From assembly GCF_006345805.1 (NCBI RefSeq), contig NC_042997.1, positions 5,022,001 through 5,086,000 of the forward strand: a stretch of DNA of 64,000 nucleotides, given 5' to 3'. The notes below the pieces were generated by a model. That model was not told the origin of the DNA. It was given only the letters and a program-made list of their open reading frames with translations, and did no database searches. The position numbers and the translations under genes were made by a program. Of this stretch, positions 14,470 through 28,499 are shown piece by piece. How positions within the stretch are numbered: the stretch's first letter is position 1; each line of letters begins with the position of its first letter. Source of the stretch: Octopus sinensis. Its lineage: Eukaryota.

Positions 14470-14660
14470 GGTCAGCATACGTTGAAGAAAATAGTGGAAA
14501 CATTTTGGACATCGGAAAGTGAATGCAAAGTGGTTATCTTGACATATAAACTGAAAGGAAGATTTAAATGCACTCTAATCTGACGAAGGTGCTTTGGAGA
14601 CAATGAAAACAGAAAGTGTGTTCCTAGGTTCACCTATTCTTCAAGACCTGAAGACATTCT
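14470..14660 (+). pseudogene. short mariner transposase relic
   Basis: HFGHRKVNAKW resembles the mariner LG.RKV.ARWVP motif; nothing else recognisable. Confidence 0.3.
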
Positions 14661-15199
14661 CACTGCTTATCTGAGGAAGTTATCTTTTTCTTCGATTTCT
14701 TTCTGTATTTATACCGAGAACAGTAAGTGGTACAGTAAAAAACTACAAAGAGATTAGGGAAGCAATTTGGATGGAAAGGGAACGAACAACAATATAAGAA
14801 CGAGCAATACTCAGCGTGAGTGCGCGAGATCAAACACATGTTTGACAACCGATCTGCAAATTGTGTTCGTCCGTTTTTCCCACATCCACCTTAAAGCATG
14901 AGGCTGATGCTTTCCACATGTTCAGTCAAATAAAGAACTTCAGGACAAAATATTTGATAATAGAAATGGGAAATTCGCGATAGAGACATAGATTTTACTG
15001 AGGATACGTGGTAATAAGTTCACACAAGATTAGGGAGTTGAGTTCAACAACGATGTAAATAGAGAAACATTTCCAAAATTATTAGAAGAAAATACGCGTA
15101 ATATTAAGTAAAATAGTATATAAATAAGCGATTAAAACAGATAAACATAGGTAGGTAAATACGTATGTACACTGCATCTGTGAGTGTGCGCGTGTGTGA

Positions 15200-15790
<591 letters not shown>

Positions 15791-16779
15791 ATACAGTGAA
15801 AACACGTGTATAACATAGTGGATCTGTTCAGTTCCGCTCACATATATTCTATTTTTTTTTTATTAAACAGTTTGAAACTGCATATACTGGTGTAAATTCT
15901 CATGTCGAGCATTGATTACTTTCAATATTGCTGACATAATTTCGTAGTTTAAAAGTTAATTCATGTCACAGATTGTCGTATGTGGGTAATTTTAAGCAAT
16001 CAACGACGTGGGTTCAGTTGAAGAAATCTACTGCTGTTTGCGATAGTAATCGAAGAGCAACACCTTCCGGGTCATCTCCACAAAATGTCACCACTCTGTT
16101 CTCTTTTATTTTTTTTACACTCTATGTTGCTTATTACACGCTTTGTTTTGTTCTCGCGTCGGTGTAACAACTAAACTTCGAAGAGTCAACACCAGGAACG
16201 AAGAAATATTTACATATGTTTATTCATTTGCCCGACATGTAGTTAGAGATACAGCAGTAATTGTAGTGGCAGTGATAACAAGTTCGCTCGCTGGTTGGTA
16301 GTTGATAGTGTAGAAGTGACTGTCTGCCAGTAGAGAGAGAAAAGGTAAGGAATGCATGGTACTGACTAGAAAGTAAGAAAGGATGAAGGTGACAACGTCT
16401 TTTCTGCGGCCGAAAGTCTCTCATTTGTGTCAGCTATTACCAAGGAGCCACACTTTCTCTTCACCCTTCCATCCACGTACGAATAGAGGAGAATGGTGAT
16501 ATATAGCGGAGATGACCCGGAATCTGTTGCTCTTCGATTACTGTCGCTTCCTTCAGCTGAATACGCGTCGTCTGATTGGTTAAAGTTTCGCAAATACGAT
16601 AAATTTAACAGGAAATGATTTCTAAAAAACCAAATTTTTTCAAAAATATTGAAAGTAAACCATGTTCAGCAAGATACATTGACCAGTATACGATGTTTCA
16701 AACTGTTTAGTTGAAAGAAAATAATAATGATAAAATTTGTGAGCGACACTGTACAGATCGAACATTGTAAAAGGAAGGG

Positions 16780-18403
16780 AAATAAATTTTAAGGATGCAC
16801 CAGTCTTCATTCCATATTCTCTAGTAATCCTGATGCTGATTTTTGTGGCTCTATCCAATAACAGGGCAATTCTCTCTATATATATCCTGGTATCGATAGC
16901 AAGCGGGAAAGACGTTTTCCTTGGATTAAAATATAATAACACTTGTTCTGCATGGAACAGTCGTGTAAAGTGGTAACAGCCTTTAATGTTTAGTGCTGTT
17001 ACTATGTGAATTTCTTTCAGAAATTTGAAACCAGCTACTTTATCTTGTTGCAAGATCAGTGACTGATAGACGCCTCTTTCTTTGTATATTTTGTGCAAAA
17101 ATATATAGCTGCCCGGCCTAGCAGGCAAACATCCAGTTCTAGAGACGAGAAGGAACCCTGAAACCGGTGTTCTGGTTTTTCTTTGCTGGAGTGGGCGTGG
17201 TTCACTCTCTTGATCACAATAGAACAGGCATAGATCATGTGTCGACAGCCAGCGGGAAAATATGTTTTCCTGGAGTTGAAATATAGTGACACCTGTTATG
17301 TGAACAGTCATATAAAAGCAATAACAGTATTTAGTGCATTGTATACTGTTTTTGCGACAATCGCCTGTCGCACAGGGTGGTAGTATAGTGACGATATATT
17401 TGGGTAGCTGCTAATCACTTGTGTAATGTCTTCCGGTCTTGGAGCTCCATTCCTATGTCTCGTGATATATTTGTAACTAGTTCTACTTCTCTTCTGGTGA
17501 TGTGTATATTATCAGAATAGAACTTTGAGGCGTCAACAAAATTGTGTGTGACAATAATTCGAATCTTTTCTGCATATCCCAGCATGTCACCTTGGTATGT
17601 TGTTAAAACAGCTGACCAGTCGTTGACTGCCAATATAAATAATATTATATACGAACTACCAGCCTGGAATATAACTGTTCATAGCTTAATTCTCTTTGTA
17701 ACTTTAGGTGTTGCTTTAGTTGTTGTCAGTGATAACTGTGTGGAATATGTGGTCAGTCTGTCAATCGTATTAGCTATAGCAGTTGGTGTTTTGATAAGGT
17801 GAAGTGATTCTATCACCCATGAGAAAGAGATAGAACCGAACGCTTTCTTGTACTCTAGCCATATAGTTAAGAGATTATGATGATGTTTCTTGGCTTCCTT
17901 AAAGTCAGCTTTGTTGAGGAGGAGCTATTCAGTACAGCCTCAGTCCCCTTTCTTTCTTCCTGCCTGTTCTACATTTCTTTGACAGTGAGTCTGGGAGATA
18001 AATATTCTGACAAACTGTCTGCAGTTTGTACAAAACAATCAAGCATGTTATGGGCCTGTAGTTTTCGGCCACATAAGTTGCTTTGTTCGTGGGATATGAA
18101 TAGTTCGTGCAACCGTCGGCCAATCCGGTTTATCTAGCTTAGTGTTCATTCTTTTTTTTAACAGTTTCGTGAGACTTTCCTTGTAGGAGAATTTCTCAGT
18201 AGCTTAGAAACAGATCTCTCAGATCGTTTCCCATTCGGTAGTTTCATAACAGTCAGGAGTGTTATACTGGTGATATATATATTTTGGGTGAGACATTCAC
18301 AGAGTACTCACTTTGTAGTTGGTTTAACGAAGCTGCATATATGTATGTACGTCTCTATATATATATATATATATGTGTGTGTGTGGTGTGTGTGTGTGTG
18401 TGT

Positions 18404-18442
<39 letters not shown>

Positions 18443-18750
18443 TGTGTGCTCTTGTCTGTTTCTGTCTATGTATCTATATATCTCTCTATCTACCGCATAC
18501 GAACGGTCCAGTTGTGAGATTTCCTTTCTATTATCAGTTGCACTACCAGCCCCATTTAATTTTGTATTCTTTCCCGTAGACACCTCGATCCTTAAAGTAA
18601 ATCTGAAGCAGATTGTACTGGCATCCAGATGCAAGTAATAGCTTCTAAAAGTCTTCTATTGAGTTTAGCCTCAAAATGTATGAGTAGCTCTGGGCTTATA
18701 GAAAATTCTATTTGACTAATACAGACTCAGTTTGAATGGGGTATCCTGAC
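16780..18750 (-). mobile_element. degenerate RLE-type (R4/Dong/NeSL-like) non-LTR retrotransposon RT, interrupted by a (TA)(TG)n tract at ~18340-18490
   Basis: Minus-strand motifs in the expected order: KLPNGK (NWKAPG-like), VAENYRPITCL (17929-18123), WLEYKKAFGSISFSWVIESL (~17800-17860), IFQAG (GIFQGD-like), NISRDIGME (17415-17633). Confidence 0.75.
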
Positions 18751-18789
18751 ATTTATATCGTGTTACGTCGCTCTTCAATTTATGTTGTA

Positions 18790-18950
18790 ATGTCATTTCT
18801 TCAATTACCTTCTGAGTTCAAATTCCGTCTAAGTCGGCCTTGTCTTTCATCCTTTCAGGGTCGATAAATTAAGTACCAGTGGCGTATTGAGGTCGATCTA
18901 ATCTATTGGCCCCTTCCTCCAAAATTTCGGGCCGTTTGCCTAGAGTAGAA
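18790..18950 (+). mobile_element. SINE family 2 fragment (tRNA-derived)
   Basis: B-box-like gagttcaaattcc followed by ctttcatcctttcagggtcgataaattaagtaccag, homologous to 21195-21386 and 49095-49490. Confidence 0.7.
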
Positions 18951-19987
18951 AATAATGTAATTTATTCAGTTTCTATTAATTTAATTCATCACTCTTATAA
19001 ACACAACATATAAACAATATTTATCCGAGTGTAATTTTTCGGAACACATTATCCTTAAACTCTATTTGATATTTCCAATATTATAAAATTACCTAAATAT
19101 GTTAATGCTTATCAGAGAATATAATTTTATACTCCCACTGTCCTTATCTACCTCGTATAGCCAGGCATGCAAAATATATATATTAAAACAATCATTATCT
19201 CAATATCCATTCATATACCAGGGACGAATGATAATTTTTGCAAGAAATCTTAAAACTATTACTCTGAAATTTTTGCTGCATTTTTTCGGAACCATTCTGT
19301 CTCTCTCGAGTGAACAGAGTTTGTTTCTTTCTGTGTTTTCTTCTTTTTAAAAGAACCTAGGAAGATCCTATTCCGGAGATTTTTATTTTAAACTCCACTA
19401 CAGGCCGTTTCCCCAACTATGCTGGCAAGTTAATGTTTGTGTAAACTTTCAGCAATCACTATTTACATACACGTATTCACACACATACATACACACACAC
19501 ACATACACTCATACGGAGACACGCACACAAGCCACATGACATACACAAATACGCACGCACACACACACACACACACGCACACACACTTATTCATAGATGC
19601 GCATATATTTATTCTCTTGCCTCTGTGTGAATGTGTAACTTGTCATTTATAATCATACACATATTCGTAATTATATATATGTTTAAATGTTGAGTACGCT
19701 CGCGCATATGTGTGTGTACATTAACGTGATAGACACAGTAAAATACGTGCTTCCTCACAGTGACATACACTATCAATCAATCATAGGTGTGCTGACACAA
19801 TATTTCTTTTTTTAAAATATTCCTATTATTGATAATTATCAAATGTTTTCCTCCCGTCAATTACATTTTACCACTATTATTTGTAAGTCCCAATATAGCA
19901 TAGGTGTCTTTCTCTTCTTTTCCTAAGATATTATAAAGATTGACACCTATAATATGAATTTCACTCGACATGAAACATCACTGATAG

Positions 19988-22451
19988 CACTGGTCAACAA
20001 TAAAAATGCCTCCGAGACCAGAGAAGAAATTTCCAGCTAATTTTAGGTCGCTGATAATGAATATCATGGATAAATTTGTTTGTTAGCTCCGGTTTTTCAA
20101 AATACATTTACGTGTCACAACAGGTTCCAACACGCTTGTGGCTGTGTGTTTCTTGCTACACTCTTCTATTTGCCCTACGGCATTATTCCAGTAGTAGGTA
20201 GTTGTGCTGTGACAGTTTACGTTTTGAGTTCAAAGGTAGGTGATTTTCCTAGTTAAACACTTTAAAAAAACTTTTAATAAATATTCATCGAGCAAGTTTT
20301 TGATATGCATGTGAAATATTTTATATTAATTTCACTTTCCTACTGAATAATATAAATAATTCTGTTAAGCTATCATGCTCTATTTCATAGCGGTATATTT
20401 AAGAATAAACTTTCTGTTTATCTTCTAATTGCTTGTTATTTTCTTCTTTCAGATGCCTCGTATTAGTGTGAATAAGACAGACAACTTCTACTACATTTGT
20501 AGTATGGTGACCTTTCCATCGCAGAAGCTCCGTATATCTGCTATGATTAGAAAGGCATATCACCTATATTTTGGATGCAACATTGGTGACCAGGATAAGA
20601 AATCGGCTCCTCACATATATTGCAAGACTGGTGCTATTAACTATCGCCAATGGTTGAGCAGGAAGAAGAAAAGAATACTTTTTTTACTGCACCAGTGACG
20701 TGACAAAAACCAACAGGCTATAACAACGATTGTTATTTGTGCATGATAACCCGGTACAAAAGGGATCAGAAAAGAAAACGAAGTCTATTGAATATCCAAA
20801 CATTCCTCAGCTATTCGCCCAGTGGAGAAGGTGTAACTGTTCATGATATACCAGCTTTGGTATCCTTCGAATCAGATGAAGAAAGTGGTGAAGAGGAAGG
20901 AGAAAACGATGACAGTGCTAGATTACAGATTGAACCAAATTTTGATGAAACACATTCATCTAGACCACATCTCATAGCACATGACCTTGTCAGGGATCTG
21001 CAACTCCATGACCTTGTCAAGGATCTGCAACTACCAACGAATAACGCAGAGCTGCTAGGCTCTCGACATCAACAGTGATATCTCCGAGCAGTTGATGTGA
21101 TAATTTGAAAATTTCGCGACCATTAGCAACAGTTCAACGATTTCTTTGTAATGGACGGCGATTTAGTGACCTGTAATAATATTCTATTCTACTCTAGGCA
21201 CAAGGCCAGAAATTTTAGGGGAGAAGCAGGTCGAGTAAAGCAACCCTAGTTCGCAACTGGTACTTGATTTATTGACACGAAAGGATGAAAGGCAAAGTCA
21301 ACCTCAGCGGAATTTGTACTTAGTAAAGACAGACGAAATACCGCTAAGCATTTCACCCGGCGTGCTAACGTTTCTGCCCGTTCGCCGACCTGCAATAATA
21401 TTAATGGTCTGATGGAAGCACTTGGCATCCAGTACGAACTCAGACGTTGGAATTTGTTCATAGATTCATCAAAATCGTGACTGAAAGGTGTCTAGCTGCA
21501 CATCGACAATAGCAAACTATCAGTTCCTATGGGTTACGTACCACAAATGAAAGAGAATGTAAAGCATATGTTGCAATGCATAAGATATGATGAACTGTGC
21601 AAGAGGTTCCTACACTATCAGGAGCAACTTGCCACCTCGTCATTTATTGGAAACTAGGATAAAAAATGTTCAACATCAACCTCTCGCTGAACCAAAGATA
21701 ATTTTGCTACCACCACTACACATAAAACTTAGGCCCATGAAAAACTTTGTAAAAAGCTATGGACAAACTTGGTCAGGAATTCAAATATTTAATATAAAAA
21801 TTCCCCATACTCTGCGACACTGAGATAAAAGAGGGAGTTTTCGTTGGTTCTCAGATACGAGAGCTTCTTAAAGATGGTGCCTTTGAATCAACCCTTCGTG
21901 GGGAGTAGAGAGCTGATTGGGAAGCATTCAACTCAGTGGCGAAGAGATCTCGCTGTAAGAGAAGAAAAGGAAAGTGTAAAGAATTGGTGGAAAACGACGA
22001 CAACGATTACAAGAACATGGGCTGTAACATGTCACTTAAAATCCTCGTTTTGGACTCATATTTAGACTTTTTCACAGTGGACTGTGGGACAGTTAGTGAC
22101 GATCATGTCGAAAGTTTTCACCAAGATATTTCAACCAGGGAAATGTGGTACCGGGATAAATGGAACACAACAATGCTTGCAAGTTATTGCTGGGCATCGG
22201 CAAGAAATAATTCTTCAGCTTACTATAAGCGTCAATCAAAATGGATGAGAGTAGGTATGAGCTAGAGGTTAAAACATATAATGACACATACTGTACGTTC
22301 TAATAAAACAATGAATTATTACATGCCGCTTATCTTTTAATCTATAACCAATACGTATTTTCCAAGGTGATATTTGGATTTAGTGCATAAAAATGCATAT
22401 GAGTAAACTCATTTAAGCAGCACTCAACTTTGCAAAAATTGTTGAACAGTG
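19988..22451 (+). mobile_element. Chapaev3 (CMC superfamily) DNA transposon, full length but decayed
   Basis: TIRs CACTGGTCAACAAT (19988-20001) and ATTGTTGAACAGTG (22438-22451), flanks tag/taa. Transposase motifs MPR...YIC...KAYHLYFGCNIGDQDKKSAPHIYC (20453 onward), WNLFIDSSK, LLPPLHIKL..MKNFVK, and MSLKILVLDSYLDFFTVDCGTVSDDHVESFHQDI...MLASYCW (to ~22200). Multiple stops and frameshifts. Confidence 0.85.
21195..21386 (-). mobile_element. SINE family 2 inserted in the Chapaev3 transposase
   Basis: 16-bp target-site duplication gacctg(t/c)aataatatt at 21168-21183 and 21387-21402. Removing the insert restores the frame DLVTCNNINGLMEALGIQYELRRWNLFIDSSK. Confidence 0.85.
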
Positions 22452-22879
22452 TAATATGCTTACACGTGTTATCTATAAAGAAATTTTCTTACTCGACCTA
22501 TAATATCCTCAAATATCTTCGTTTGGTTTATATTCTGCAAAATATAAACGTTGTAATAGCTATATTTTAATGATTTAGTATATTCTTAAGTTTAATCAAT
22601 GACGTATGACACTATGATACCTATGATTTATCAATAATGCATAATGCGACGTTTGGATTTTACAGCAAGACAGAAAATATTTTATACGTCAATTTATAAA
22701 TCCATTATTCCTTAGGTGAAATATATGCACTCACACAAGCGTTTATGTGTAAATGTATATTTAACTCTTTTTGGAAATAGTGACTCCCCTCTCGATGTTC
22801 ACCTAAACCTACAAATAACAGTAAGTAAATGTTGGTTTCAAAACATTTCAGACAATTGTTGAATCCCAAGTGTTTTTCC

Positions 22880-23700
22880 CCACTTCCTCCCATCCACCTG
22901 TCCTTTCATGCTCTGACTCATACTTCTCTTCACTCCTACTCTCTTACACTTTTCTCTTCACTTCTACCCACATTCTCCTCCCCCCTTCATTGTCACCCTT
23001 CCCTCGTAAGCCCACCGCATCCCTACACATTCCATCCCCAGCTTCCCTATCCTTCCCCATCTCACCCTACCCCATCCGTTACACCCACTCTCAAATACAC
23101 CACATTTAACCCCACCCTACGGCTAACCCACAACCCATTCTTGCTTTCCCCACGTTTGCCTCCCCCACCTCCCAACACCGTCACACCACACCACACACCA
23201 TACATCATATCACACATCGCATCACAACACACCACCACACACACAAGCACTGACCACTTCCCAGATCCACATTTTCACATCTACACATCCACACACACAC
23301 ACATAAAGATCACCAGCTCTCTTCTACACACGCATACAAACTCTCTTCTACACACGCAGGCGCACCTTCGTTTTGGGATTACCACTACTTTATAATCTCC
23401 CCTTCTACATAGCTCTCCTATGTGACCTTTCTCTCCGGCATTCCCCATGATAGATCGTTAGCCACTAAACATTCTTTATTTTCTCTCTTTGTTTCCTTCT
23501 GAGTTCCTTTCAGTGGAAGAACGTAGGCTCGAAATGTTAAAGACTTTTTCTCTTCTCAAGCGTTATACTAATACATCTGTTTGTCGTGTACACCACTTGT
23601 CTTCGTCTTCGAAATGTTAAAGACTTTTTCCCTTCTCAAGCGTTATACTAATACATCTGTTTGTCGTCTACACCACTTGTCTTCGTCTTTTCTTTTCTTT
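22880..23700 (+). repeat. C/A-rich low-complexity tract followed by a family C repeat (PLE-terminus-like) with an 80-bp tandem duplication
   Basis: 23529-23608 is repeated at 23609-23688 with 2 mismatches. The gaagaacgtaggctcgaaatgttaaagac motif is shared with 44191-44228. Confidence 0.65.
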
Positions 23701-26700
23701 TTGGTGAATTAGCAATTTTAATTTATAGACTAGTTTTATCAAATCCTTGGGTAGAGCTGAGGGAGTCGACAGAAATCATAGTGGATATAGTCATAAACAT
23801 GAACATTTATTCGAAGCAGTATCATGGGATTTGGCAAAAGAAAACTTAAATCAAGATGTTAGCTGAAAATTAAGGGGACCGTCCACTAGCAGACCATTGA
23901 TAATGAAACAGGGGACATCTTTTCATGCAGTACTATAGTTAAATATTTTAAGCAATACTGCTATATTGTATAAAGTTAAAGTTTGGGTTATTCAGATGAT
24001 TATTAAGAAGAATTATAACAAAAACGATAAAATGTTTTCAGAATACTTTTGTGTATATACCAAATCTTTACCACAATAGAGGGAGGGAGGAAAAGAAACT
24101 CATCCAGAAATAGTTTAATATTTATACATATTATAAACTTAAACACAAACTAATCAGATGGAATCAATGAATATTGATCAATTTGTATATACTGGTATTT
24201 AATAAAGGAGTATTGAGGTAAAAATCTTTCGTAGAATGTATCATTTTCTATCATGGGTGATACATGTTTTTGTATTACTGTGTGTCCATCTGGACTACAT
24301 CACTAACAAATAGAGAAGCAGACATAGGAGGTGCTGTAGTTCTGATGAACACAGAGTACTACAACAATCTGGTATTATAGGTATATTGATTGATGTGAAT
24401 ATATGTATGAGTTTATCATGTTTGTTTTTTTGATACTCCACGATACGCTTCACGATATATGGAAATCATCATTAAATTACTCTTCAGTTACGTCATGTAT
24501 GTATAATAATTTCTGAATTTCATAATGTCACGAATGTATTCTAAAATTCAATATTTTCTATTTCGATGGTGCTCGCGTATGCGTAGTTATGGACATTTAT
24601 TTCTTCATTTTTAGACTATCACGAAAATGTATTCCCCCTATTAATATTGCTGTCCAAGGGAAATCAAAATGCATACAACTTAGCCGCATAATCAGTAGAC
24701 ATTACGTGCACAATGCTGAAACAAAGAGCTGTTATCAGAGCGCATCAAGTCCTTCACTCCATCATTTCCGCCGAGTTACCGTTAAAACATGTGCCTTATT
24801 GATCGCTAAAAGATTAAAAATAAATTTGTCTTCGAAGATATTAAGAATCAGACCAGCGCAACAGACCACGATTAATTTTTTGTCTACTCAGAAATAACTC
24901 TTAAAACTTATCGCATAAATAACATATGGTATTAAAAAATTTAAAAGTCACGCAGCATGCTCTTGTTTCGACACCCCCATAATTCTTCTAGTTAAATAAT
25001 ATATTGCATCTGCTAATAATATTTTTCATGATGAGGGAGAATTGTACTACTTTTAGTATTTCTTTACAATTATTTAGATTGATATACTTTACACAACATG
25101 GGGTATTATTTTATTAAGCTTCAAATGTAAAAATTGAAGTAAATAATTCCCTAGTAATTCAAATATTCACATACAAATTATCTTAATTTTATATATGACT
25201 TCAGGTAGCTCAAAGATGATTCATTGTCGTCTGTAGCTTTCTGCTTAAATTATATTCAAGCATTTCACGCTTCTAATAAGATTTTAATATATAATGAACT
25301 TTAGTATTTAATCGTGGATACACAATTATATAGTTTACTCACTCGCACACCTGTCATACAAATTATTACTGGGAGTTGGATACACTTGAGTGTTCAATAC
25401 CGTACAAGATTTTACACTTTCAACTTTGCATGAAGCTCTGACATTTTACCGAGAATAATCTATAATGTGAAGAAAATGTCTACATACAATGTAATACCTC
25501 CCTCAACTTCCATTAAGTGGCACACTATCTCGTCTAAATATTTAGTATTGCGCTAAATAATGTTAGGCGTTAAACCATTCCGAGATAGACATGTTCGTAA
25601 ATGAAAATTAGGGTTGTCCAACTACCACCCAAACGAGTCAGGTGCATAGAATCATATAGTACGAGTATTTACACCTAACTGTACTACAGTAGCAAACAAA
25701 CAATACTACATAGATCGGAAAACATCAGCTGCTATGTTGTGTCTCATCAGCCTCCTTATTCTAGCGATCCAAGAAGGCAACTCAGAATCATATTTTCAAT
25801 TGCCACCCGCGCTTTTCACAGAACACTCGTCTTTCTTCCTTTCGTAAACTATTAGACGGCTTCTGGCAAAAATCCAACCAGACGGGCCTCTACAATGCTA
25901 GTTCTCTAGGAATTTAATCCTGTATAATTCTCTCTCACTGATGGCTTGCACGCCAGTATATATTTATATTTGTAGATATTGCAGCAGAAAATAAATCGCA
26001 ATAATTTGATGAGACTCGGGTGGTTTTCCTAAAACCATGAAAAAATGTATTAGAATGGCGATAATATTTTACAGAGTAATGCTTACAGCCATAAATTGAT
26101 TGATTATGCTTAGATAAATTTATTCCTCGGAGTAAAGCCATCAACTTCACAAATATATTTTCTAATTTATTCATTTTTAGACAATTTAAATAATCTTTAA
26201 AGACAAATAAATCAAATCATATATAATGCTCTTTTTCATTTTTCTTTTTATTCCATTTTATCTCTTTTTGAATATATATCTTAATATATAATGAATAATA
26301 CAATAGATTTAATACACGGAACATGAATATGCATAAAGAAATTTCTTAATGATACTTTACTATTAAACAGTTTAACTTAATGCAGTGTATTTCGACGCTG
26401 CTGATTAGATACATAGCTTTTCAGAACATGACCTGAATATGTAATAAGTTTTTAATGTATGTCAAAGTAATTTTTTCTCCGTGCAATAAGTGCTTCTTAC
26501 TCCAAATATTTAATTCAAATTTACGACAATTTTCACATCTGAAACGCTGTTTCTTATTAATTTATTTACTCATTTATAACAGCGAATGTATGTCGTATCT
26601 ACTTATTCTTTCAGGGATGCGTTTTTTAGTATTTGCTTAACTATCTATTTTACAGAGACGACCTCCCTTTGCAAATTCCTGAGGGCACATAAAGTGTGCC

Positions 26701-27419
26701 TAAAGCCAACTGGAGGAGATGTTTTCCTGGGCTACAAGCTACAGTAACACCCACCCTTAGTGGTTAGCCATATTGAGATGGCAAATATACCTCACAAATA
26801 TTTTGTAATACATAAAACTACGAATGTTTCATTATTATGGGACTAGCTGAGGAACCGGTAAAAAAAAAACCATTAATAACATGTCTGTTTATAGTAATGA
26901 AACATTTTTCGCCAAATTTCGATATTCTTCCAAAAATTAAAACCTATATAAATGGGCAGGACCAATTTGACGAAAGCATGAGCAAAGTCTTTAGCGAACT
27001 CGCTGTCGTCATTTTTGCACATGTGCGTAAACTTTCGAAATTTTACGCTTTGGGGCAGACATCGTCAAATTATTGTCACGATAACTAGTGCACAAAATGC
27101 CTAAATTTTCTTGAGAAATAAAATGGTCTTACCTAGTCAAACCTGAAACGTTGGGGAACTAAAACAACGAATTAAAATAATAAGTTTTAGCAAATCAAAA
27201 CAATTCGCATTGAAATTGAGAATTAGCAAAGGCTAAATAGATTATCGTTAATAAGCTGTTTGTTTATACCCATGACACATTTTTCAGCAAATTTTGGTAC
27301 ATTTCGTCAAATTCATGTCACGATGGCTGCTGCGAAAAATGCCCAAATTTTACGATTTTTGAAAAATCAATGCTGATTAAAAATCATTTTTTTAAAATTC
27401 CAAATGCGTAAGTGACCGT

Positions 27420-27550
27420 TTGGAGGTAACTACCCCACCACACACACACATGTCAAATTTCATCAAAGTCTGTTGAATAGTCTTGGAGGAGATAAAGTAA
27501 AAAAATAACAAATATACAAACTTTCCATTTATTATGACAGAATAAATATG
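27420..27550 (-). mobile_element. possible non-autonomous Helitron-type terminus
   Basis: The reverse complement ...ataataaatggaaagtttgtatatttgtt...gatgaaatttgacatgtgtg resembles, from recall, the 5' ends of non-autonomous Helitrons. No CTAG/hairpin 3' end identified. Confidence 0.3.
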
Positions 27551-27757
27551 TTGTTTTATTATTTCATGATTAATATGCTGCGAATGGAATTCTTATTATG
27601 GTTGCTGTTAAGTGTGAATTTGAACTTGTATTGTAATTTTGTTTTCTATTGGTTAGGTATATTTTTTCGTACTTTTCTCTTTGTTTGCTGTTGATGAAAC
27701 ACATTTATTTCTGAGTGAGATTATCAATGGTACACTAACTGCAATCTAAGTACTTTT

Positions 27758-28330
27758 TTATTGCTTTTGTGGCAGTTTCTGGTAAAATATTAATTTCTTT
27801 TGTATCATCTTGATAGCGTTTCCAGTTGGCCAGTAAGTAGGTTGGGTAGTTGTCTCTGAATTTAATCTAGCGTATTCGAATATTTGGGCTTCCAAGTATG
27901 CCACAACAAGGTTAGCAGAAGTAGGGGCTACACTCGTTCCCATTTCACTGTCAGATTAATGCTTGTAGTTGTTCTTATTGAAGTTAAGGTTATTCACTAG
28001 GATACATTTTAATCCCTCAATGATGAATCCACTTCCGATTCGGTCAGTAATGTCATTTAGGAATTGTCCAGTCAGAATTGTATCACTTCTATACCGTTTT
28101 CGTGAGGAATCGAGGTGTGGAAGTTTATTACATCGTATGAAACCAGATGGGAATCCTGTGTATATATATGTATGTATGAATGTATGCGTGTGTGTGTGGA
28201 CAGAGAGAAAGAGACATAGAGATAAAGAGAGAGAGGGAGAGAGAGAGTTTAGAGAGACATCGCCTCTGGCGACGAAGCCACTACTGCGGATAATATTGCA
28301 GGGATTTTGTTTCAATAATTGTTGGAGTGT
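27758..28330 (-). pseudogene. PLE reverse transcriptase fragment with an internal microsatellite
   Basis: FIIEGLKCILVNN.NF and MGTSVAPTSANLVVAYLEAQI match the RT of the PLE at 63400-63700 (GTAMGTKVSPTYANLVMAYLE). Confidence 0.75.
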
Positions 28331-28499
28331 GGATTAAAAAAAATCTTTAGTTGTATTGTTTCACTTATGATATCTTTAAAAACTTTTTGGTGTTTTGTGT
28401 AACTTATACAGTGCATTTTGTGAATGATAATGATACAGGTAATTCTTTTATTCTTTTATGCGTTTCAGCCCAAAGGTTGTGGCCATGTTGAGGCCCCGT

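Noticed and set aside
23529-23688. Tandem units here and at 60260-60388 considered as a CRISPR-like array
   Set aside because: The units are contiguous duplications without unique spacers, and the context is eukaryotic with no cas genes.
25740-25760. CTGATGA on the minus strand
   Set aside because: No GAAA box or pairing stems at suitable spacing.
25734-25843. Signal-peptide-like micro-ORF MLCLISLLILAIQEGNS followed by GTAAAC
   Set aside because: Short hydrophobic starts are common by chance in AT-rich DNA; no downstream exon identified. It would need RNA-seq support.
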